Source of the DNA: an archaeon
Lineage (GTDB): Archaea; Asgardarchaeota; Thorarchaeia; Thorarchaeales; Thorarchaeaceae
DNA length: 32,000 nt
Assembly (NCBI GenBank): GCA_024275415.1
Contig: JAJRZD010000024.1
Coordinates: forward strand, 30,001-62,000
Direction of reading: 5' to 3'
A model generated the notes under the pieces. It worked only from the letters and a program-made list of their open reading frames with translations, was not told where the DNA came from and made no database searches. Below are positions 26,208-32,000 of the stretch, one piece after another. The position numbers and the translations under genes were made by a program. Positions within the stretch are counted from its first letter, which is position 1. Each line of letters opens with the position of its first letter.

Positions 26208-27185
26208 CTATCTTTCAAGGGGGGGCGGGTTGTTCACTTTGAAGTAGTCGGATGCACTTGCCCAGTGTTGAAAGTCTGGAGATGGAGGTGCGTTTCTATA
26301 CAGTTGTGCTCTTTTTGCCTCTAACGCATTGACAGGACGTCCAGCCAATTCTGCCATTGTAAGAACCTCATTTGCGTTTGATTGAGACCCAGAAAACACA
26401 GGAGCCATCCACTGATCCCAGCCCTTAGCTCGCAAGAGATGATGATCAACAACCAGGTATCGGGTAGACTTTGCTAATTCCACTAACGAATGAAGTGCAT
26501 CTTGCTCGTCCGACCTTGTAAATTGTCTTAGGTAAATCGGGGGACCACCGACGATAATGACCTCAGCATTGAATGATAGGAGATACTCCAAGGTCAGTCG
26601 AGATATGGGCCCTTGCACATCGGGAGCGAACAGCACTCTCTTCGAGTCATAATCGATACATACCGCAAGCACGAAGCCAAGAGCGCTGCCTTCAGGCCCG
26701 TGTGACAAAGGATGTGAGAAGACCACCGTAGTTTCGTCGAACTTGAATTCCTTGCCGTCTGCAATTTCCAATATGGCACTGTTTGCAAGATCCTTTTCAA
26801 AATAGTATGCACGCCTTCGTTGCGAGGCGTTGATGTTCGTGCGGCCATCCTTCATCAGCACATGTTTCCCCCCATATATCCGGATTCTATCGTCAGGTGT
26901 ACTGAGATTGTATCTAAAATTCGTCGCACCAGGTCGTACATGGTCGAAATGATAGTGTGAAACAGTGATGATGTCGCACTCTCTTGCATGCACCTCAATC
27001 CTTGCAAGTGCCTCCTGCAATGCCTTGTATTCAAGGGGGTGAGGCTCGTAGGGATACCTGAAAGCCAATGCAGCAGATGCATCTAGGAGGACGGATACAT
27101 CGGGAGTGTCAATTCTTGTACAAAGAGAACGAACTCCCATGCTCTCTGCTGCTAGAGGCTGAATTTCGATATTCCCAAGTTTCAA
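26208..27185 (-). CDS. Metallo-beta-lactamase-fold hydrolase (UPF0282-like)
   Basis: PLAAESMGVRS, ITVSHYHFDH, LSHG, FAPDVQGP, VDHHLLR. Confidence 0.85.
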   Translation of the reverse strand: MKLGNIEIQPLAAESMGVRSLCTRIDTPDVSVLLDASAALAFRYPYEPHPLEYKALQEALARIEVHARECDIITVSHYHFDHVRPGATNFRYNLSTPDDRIRIYGGKHVLMKDGRTNINASQRRRAYYFEKDLANSAILEIADGKEFKFDETTVVFSHPLSHGPEGSALGFVLAVCIDYDSKRVLFAPDVQGPISRLTLEYLLSFNAEVIIVGGPPIYLRQFTRSDEQDALHSLVELAKSTRYLVVDHHLLRAKGWDQWMAPVFSGSQSNANEVLTMAELAGRPVNALEAKRAQLYRNAPPSPDFQHWASASDYFKVNNPPPLER

Positions 27186-27679
27186 TGCATGACCTCACGA
27201 TAGTAGTTAAGGTGGTATACCCCATCCTCTTGGACAAGCTCTGCCTCATGATACGCAAGGTTGTCGTGGGATTGGGAGTTGAATCGCTTGAACATCTCGT
27301 AGTCTGAAGGGAGGATTTTACCTTCCATGTCATTGATCTGGTCATGAGTGAAAAGCGCCATGTCTCCTTCTTGATGGGATGGGGTGAACGAGTCTATATG
27401 CGCGTCCCCAACAAAGATGATGAAATGTGCTTGCAACGAACCAGTGGGTGATACCAGTCGCTCAGACACAATGCCTTTCAGTGTATAGCCACTAATTGTG
27501 GTTGCACCAGTTTCTTCCATGACTTCCCTGATGGCAGCTGAAGGTATATGCTCCCCAATATCGACCTTCCCTCCAACCAAGCTCCAGAGATTCTCATATG
27601 GTGGATTTCTTCGTTTCAGGAGCAGGTATTTTTCATCCAAACGAAGGATAGTGATTGCGATAGGTATGATCTTTGTCAT
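27182..27679 (-). CDS. NUDIX hydrolase
   Basis: LLLKRRNPPYENLWSLVGGKVDIGEHIPSAAIREVMEETG (Nudix box); overlaps the MBL gene start by ATGA. Confidence 0.92.
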   Translation of the reverse strand: MTKIIPIAITILRLDEKYLLLKRRNPPYENLWSLVGGKVDIGEHIPSAAIREVMEETGATTISGYTLKGIVSERLVSPTGSLQAHFIIFVGDAHIDSFTPSHQEGDMALFTHDQINDMEGKILPSDYEMFKRFNSQSHDNLAYHEAELVQEDGVYHLNYYREVMH

Positions 27680-27792
27680 CGTACAAACCAGCGTGTAAGC
27701 TGCAATGTGCCTTACTGCTATAAATGATATCTGCGAACTTGAATACGAAAATTCTTAGCGTTTTTATCATGTTCTCAAACGGACGCATTACG

Positions 27793-29235
27793 ATGAGATT
27801 ATTGACCGATGACCTACGAGCAAAAGTGTTAAGCATCATTACACCGACTCAGAGTGAGATCGACCGCCAGCAGAAGACAATCGAAGAACTGACCATTGCA
27901 ATAGCATCCTATGCATCTGAACATGGTTATCAATACTCGTTTATTTTACCTCAGGGATCAACAGGGCAGAAGCAAACACAGTTGAGGGGGGCAAGCGATA
28001 TCGACCTTTTCATTGGAATCGATCCGAACGAGTACGAACACATATTGGCACTGCCAAGGAAACAAAGAAGCGCTGAACTTGATTCTTTGTTCGACCGTTT
28101 CATCAAGGAATGGTTCATTCCAGCACTCTCAAAGATTCCAGCCCAAGACATGAGAAAAACCTACTCGCAGCACCCCTACTTGTCGGCATCATATATGGGG
28201 AGCGATGTTGATGTGCTGGTCTGCTTCGATATTCCTGCTGAAAGAATCGCTAGTGAGGGGCCAATAACAGCTGTAGACAGAACTGTACATCATTCAGCAT
28301 ATGTTGCATCACGGTTGAATACTAGACTTCGTGACGACGTAAGAGTCCTAAAGTCTTTTGTCCGAGCATGTCACGCATATGGAGATGCTTGTGCTGTAGG
28401 ACAGATGGGCTTCACTGGGGTTTCACTTGAATTGCTTGTCATAAATCAGCAGGGATTAGAAGGGGCGCTGCAAAGAATCATAGATCTTAGAGAGAAGCCA
28501 CTAGACCCGCTTGGGAGAAGCAAAAAACAACTGCTTACGAAACTATCATTCAAGGATGATTTTGTGTTCATCATCGACCCCACAGATACCAGTCGGAATA
28601 TTGCCTCCAGCTTCTCTGAAAGAGCCTATAATTGGGTCAGTAGGAGAGCATACGAATTACTTGACGCAAAGGGGGATGAAACAAAAATCCTTGACATGGT
28701 AATTGAGAAAGCAATCCCTACCACTCCACCCCCAGACTGGCTTATTCCACATCTCTTCATTTTTGAAGTGTGTTCTGACGAGAGCAAACATTACACGGTG
28801 AACAGGGACAAGCTGTACAGGGTATGCCGAAGGATATCAAGGGAGATTTCCTTCGAAAGGACTGGTGAACCAAGGTTCGGACAGAACACCTTTGAGATCC
28901 TTCTCGAGGGAACACGGTTTGCGATAGGGTTCTTAGTCGAGAGAACTGACATTCCACATACCTATGCTCGACGTGGACCACCAGTTGGCTCATCAGGAAT
29001 GGATGCATTCATAGCCGCCCATAAAGGAGTCTATCAGAAAGAGGGATATCTGTGGGTAGATGCCAGACGAAAATGGGTCAATGTAAGAGAAATGATTAGG
29101 TCTATGATGACAGAGTATCTTCCTGCTGGGTTCATATTACAATCCGGTATTTCTGAAACAGGTTGGCGTATAGCCAATATCCTGTATCGAGTGATCTTGC
29201 CGTTGGAACGATTTCCTATCAAAGCAAGAGTTTAA
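27793..29235 (+). CDS. cca: Archaeal class I CCA-adding tRNA nucleotidyltransferase; start probably ATG 27793
   Basis: GST...LRGASDIDLF, YSQHPY, DVDVLVC, TAVDRTVHH, GFTGVSLELLV, IIDPTDTSRNIAS, RRGPP. Confidence 0.9.
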   Translation: MRLLTDDLRAKVLSIITPTQSEIDRQQKTIEELTIAIASYASEHGYQYSFILPQGSTGQKQTQLRGASDIDLFIGIDPNEYEHILALPRKQRSAELDSLFDRFIKEWFIPALSKIPAQDMRKTYSQHPYLSASYMGSDVDVLVCFDIPAERIASEGPITAVDRTVHHSAYVASRLNTRLRDDVRVLKSFVRACHAYGDACAVGQMGFTGVSLELLVINQQGLEGALQRIIDLREKPLDPLGRSKKQLLTKLSFKDDFVFIIDPTDTSRNIASSFSERAYNWVSRRAYELLDAKGDETKILDMVIEKAIPTTPPPDWLIPHLFIFEVCSDESKHYTVNRDKLYRVCRRISREISFERTGEPRFGQNTFEILLEGTRFAIGFLVERTDIPHTYARRGPPVGSSGMDAFIAAHKGVYQKEGYLWVDARRKWVNVREMIRSMMTEYLPAGFILQSGISETGWRIANILYRVILPLERFPIKARV

Positions 29236-29269
29236 GCAGACGAATGCTCATCTAGGTGAGGGACTACCT

Positions 29270-30340
29270 ATGACAATTGAAAAAGTAGCAATCGTGACTC
29301 ATCCGAAGGCATATCAGCATATGGCGCCATTCCCGAAACCAAACCTCGAAGCGTTTGAGGCACCTCTCAGGCTACAGATGATAGAGAGGTTTCTTGAAAC
29401 ACAAGACTGGTTGGGTTATGAGAATCTAAAAGCACCACGTGCTACCAAAGAAGATATTCTATGCGTTCATTCACCATACCTCTACGAATCAGTGCGAGTA
29501 ATGTCCCTACTGGGTGGAGGGAGTCTGGGTGAAGCAGCTCAGGCAAGCCCTGACCTGTTAAGGAACTCGCTGGCATCGGTAGGTGGTGCGATCAAGTCTG
29601 CAATACATAGCATCGAAAATAGTAGTGTACACGCGTTCTCATTGCTGAGGCCTCCAGGTCACCACGCATCAAGTTCGACACCTGCAGGTCTGTGTTTCTT
29701 CAACAATATCGCCATCGCTGTAAGAAAGATGATGCAGGAAAAAGGAATTGGAAAAGTCAGCATCCTAGACTTCGACGACCACTTTGGGAATGGAACATCT
29801 GAGATATTCTACGCCGACCCTTCTGTTCAGTACATAAGCGTCCACGAATATGACTATGAGAATTTTGGGCTTGGACACTATGAAGAGCATGGGTATGGCG
29901 ATGCAGAGGGCACGAACATCAACATTCCTCTGTTGGACGGAGCGTCTGATGAGATATACGAATATGCTCTTGAAAGAGTCGTAATCCCCCACATCCAATC
30001 ATTCGAGCCAGAAGTTATCGCAGTTTCAGCAGGGTTCGACCCACACTATGCAGACCCAGTTGGCAACATGAATATTGATAGCAGAACCTTTTGGAAACTA
30101 GGAATTGAGGTCAGACACCTGACAGAAAAACTGGATGTTAAGGGGTCATTCTCGGTGTTCGAAGGAGGGTACAATCCATTAGCAACCGGCCCATCAGCTG
30201 TAGCATATCTAACTGGGCTATTAGGAAAGGAAAAACCAAAACTAGAGGATCAAATCGAGAGGGAATCTTTTGAATCACTAGACAACGCAAACTTGGAGAT
30301 AATCGATATCGTGGCAGAGGAAATGGCAAAACATAGCTGA
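29270..30340 (+). CDS. Histone deacetylase-family (AcuC/class II-like) zinc deacylase
   Basis: RPPGHHA, GLCFFNNIAIA, DFDDHFGNGT, SAGFDPHYADP, FEGGYN. Confidence 0.95.
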   Translation: MTIEKVAIVTHPKAYQHMAPFPKPNLEAFEAPLRLQMIERFLETQDWLGYENLKAPRATKEDILCVHSPYLYESVRVMSLLGGGSLGEAAQASPDLLRNSLASVGGAIKSAIHSIENSSVHAFSLLRPPGHHASSSTPAGLCFFNNIAIAVRKMMQEKGIGKVSILDFDDHFGNGTSEIFYADPSVQYISVHEYDYENFGLGHYEEHGYGDAEGTNINIPLLDGASDEIYEYALERVVIPHIQSFEPEVIAVSAGFDPHYADPVGNMNIDSRTFWKLGIEVRHLTEKLDVKGSFSVFEGGYNPLATGPSAVAYLTGLLGKEKPKLEDQIERESFESLDNANLEIIDIVAEEMAKHS

Positions 30341-30419
30341 GCCCATTTGGCATCATGAACAAGATTTTAAGGGAACCTCCGAACTTCACGCCCGAATTAC
30401 TGCTCGCGGAAGTGTGTAT

Positions 30420-30707
30420 TTGGCTAAGAAACGTAAATCTGGAGGGCGCTCGAAAGGAGCGTCTGGTAAATCAAAGATGGTTCAATGTTCAAAGTGTGGA
30501 CGGATTGTTCCCTCAGACAAGGCTAAGAGAAAGACAAGACGTGTTTCATCAGTTGATCCTCAACTTGCTAGAGAATTGAGGCAACAGGGAAGTTACGTGC
30601 CCACAAAGATAGTGACTCACATATACTGCATTAGTTGTGCAGTACACACCGGAAAGGTACAGATCAGACAAGCATCAGACCGAAAGTCACACATACGTCG
30701 CCGTTAA
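30420..30707 (+). CDS. rps26e: 30S ribosomal protein eS26
   Basis: AKKRKSGGRSKG...VQCSKCGRIVPSDKAK...YCISCAVHTG..IR. Confidence 0.95.
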   Translation: MAKKRKSGGRSKGASGKSKMVQCSKCGRIVPSDKAKRKTRRVSSVDPQLARELRQQGSYVPTKIVTHIYCISCAVHTGKVQIRQASDRKSHIRRR

Positions 30708-30787
30708 AGAACCACACAATGAACGCCCATACGAAATCAAAAAGAACAGATTTGATCTTGGGATTTCATTCTTAGCTGGGACTCCAA

Positions 30788-31372
30788 ATGCATACATTCA
30801 TGACGATTCAGTTCCTAATGAGTTATCCTGACATCCCTACGGATGGAAAACTCATTCTCAAAGACCTACCAGGATCTGGCAAGCGAATAGATGTCCTTTG
30901 TCGTTGTCTAGCATCTGGTTTCGACTGGGGGATTGCAGACCTTGAGAGGATTAGAATTGAATTTGCTGTATTCCTGAAAGACGATATCACTCTATTTTTC
31001 TCGAAACCGAAGGAAGAAGGTACAAGGGGAGAAGTGTGGTGGGCACGGCAAATCCAAAACGCACTGCAGGGAAACCCTCCGAATTTTATTCGTGTGACGG
31101 ACAAGAACTTGCGAGAACATATTACCGATCTGCTTCAAAGGAACTACAAGATATTTGCTCTTGATGAAGACGGAGAGGAACTAGACGAGGCCGTAGACGT
31201 GGGTTCAGCACAATACAGTTTTATGTTGGGGAATCATCGTGGCTTCGACAAAATAGCCCAGAAGGTAATTAGAGAGCATCAATTACCATCTGTTTCACTG
31301 GGGACTCGCAGTTACCTAGGAAGCCATTGCGTGGCTACAATCATATCCAAATTCGAGTTGAGCGAAAGATGA
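30788..31372 (+). CDS. trmY: tRNA (pseudouridine54-N1)-methyltransferase, SPOUT family
   Basis: DLPGSGKRIDVLCRCL, LDEDGE, FMLGNHRGF, VSLGTRSYLGSHC. Confidence 0.85.
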   Translation: MHTFMTIQFLMSYPDIPTDGKLILKDLPGSGKRIDVLCRCLASGFDWGIADLERIRIEFAVFLKDDITLFFSKPKEEGTRGEVWWARQIQNALQGNPPNFIRVTDKNLREHITDLLQRNYKIFALDEDGEELDEAVDVGSAQYSFMLGNHRGFDKIAQKVIREHQLPSVSLGTRSYLGSHCVATIISKFELSER

Positions 31373-31719
31373 ATGAAAGGGAACAAGAAGAACCACGCCC
31401 AAGGGCAATGAATCGTTTGGTCAATAAGCTGACAAAAGAGATGCTCTGGATTTACATTCTTAGACTTCTACAGGAGCGCCCCCATTATGGATATGAAATC
31501 AAAGAGCTTGTCACAAAGCGATTCGGTTTCTCACCGGCCACTGTCAGTGGATATGCGATTATCTACCGACTTATGAAAGACGGACTGATTGGTGAACAGC
31601 GAAAAAGTGATTCTCCCCGTAAATACTATGAAATTACCTCCAAGGGCAGGACAGCCATGAAAGAGGCAAAAGAGTTTCTCAAATCAACGCTGGAGAAGGT
31701 CTTCGATATAACTGAATAG
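31369..31719 (+). CDS. PadR family transcriptional regulator
   Basis: LWIYILRLLQERPHYGYEI...YAIIYRLMKDGLI...RKYYEITSKGR; ATG overlaps trmY stop. Confidence 0.92.
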   Translation: MNEREQEEPRPRAMNRLVNKLTKEMLWIYILRLLQERPHYGYEIKELVTKRFGFSPATVSGYAIIYRLMKDGLIGEQRKSDSPRKYYEITSKGRTAMKEAKEFLKSTLEKVFDITE

Positions 31720-32000
31720 TCATTTGATCGTGATCTTGTCCAGGAGAGAAGCTTGTCGTGCAAGCAGGTCTTTGGCTTGGAAGTCAGTATCCGTACAATC
31801 GCGTTCAATGACTGCACTCGCTGCACTGGCAGCAAGGGACGCTCGCTCAAGCATGTTTTGTTCATGTAGCATGCCGACCACAAAAGCTCCCAAGAAAGCA
31901 TTAGAGGCCGCAAGAGGGTTTTTTGGTATTGTTCGCTCAATGGGCACAATATAGAATTCATCCTTATCATATATGGTGGCGCCGAGCGATGAAAACATTG
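31720..32000 (-). CDS. C-terminal part of a PfkB/ribokinase-fold protein (5' end outside window)
   Basis: LGATIY...NPLAASNAFLGAFVVGML...ASLAASAASAVIE follows the PfkB C-terminal pattern. Confidence 0.75.
   Translation of the reverse strand, partial: MFSSLGATIYDKDEFYIVPIERTIPKNPLAASNAFLGAFVVGMLHEQNMLERASLAASAASAVIERDCTDTDFQAKDLLARQASLLDKITIK

Noticed and set aside
29270-30340. HDAC-family gene as a eukaryotic chromatin signature
   Set aside because: The family is widespread in bacteria and archaea as acetylpolyamine or protein deacylases; nothing here points to histones.
4246-31719. Complete reassignment of TAG to an amino acid
   Set aside because: TAG ends rtcB at the conserved KG terminus (7907), ends 17408..18043 two bases before the next ATG, and ends the ABC ATPase right before a terminator; several extensions checked beyond other TAG stops were short and uninformative.
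1-32000. CRISPR array, rRNA or tRNA genes
   Set aside because: No regularly spaced repeats or recognisable tRNA/rRNA motifs found by eye; the only long repeat occurs twice, 2.35 kb apart.

Overview
A ~47% GC archaeal window that looks like Asgard archaea (probably Thorarchaeia; inferred from gene content, not from a marker gene). It holds three different small-GTPase families, a longin/uDENN-like wHTH protein, TPR and SNAP-like/PCI-like proteins, and housekeeping genes (selD, rtcB, ssb, tmk, short XPF, ino1, M42 peptidase, cca, HDAC-family, rps26e, trmY). The main signal is stop-codon recoding that the ORF track hides. (1) selD starts at 6319 and has an in-frame TGA in the active-site motif HG-U-SCK (selenocysteine); a SECIS-like hairpin is built on its own stop codon. 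(2) rtcB starts at TTG 6462 and has an in-frame TAG at codon 30. (3) A longin-Arf-like GTPase continues through an in-frame TAG (10484-10486) into a ~230-aa acidic tail. TAG is still a normal stop in many genes here, so these cases are either context-dependent amber readthrough or nonsense/assembly lesions. A ~3.1-kb insertion (13927-17004) with an IS481 remnant, a duplicated 70-bp end and damaged cargo genes sits between tmk and a wHTH gene. A >1080-aa secreted C25-like protein runs off the left edge and is missing from the ORF track. No CRISPR array, rRNA or tRNA was recognised.
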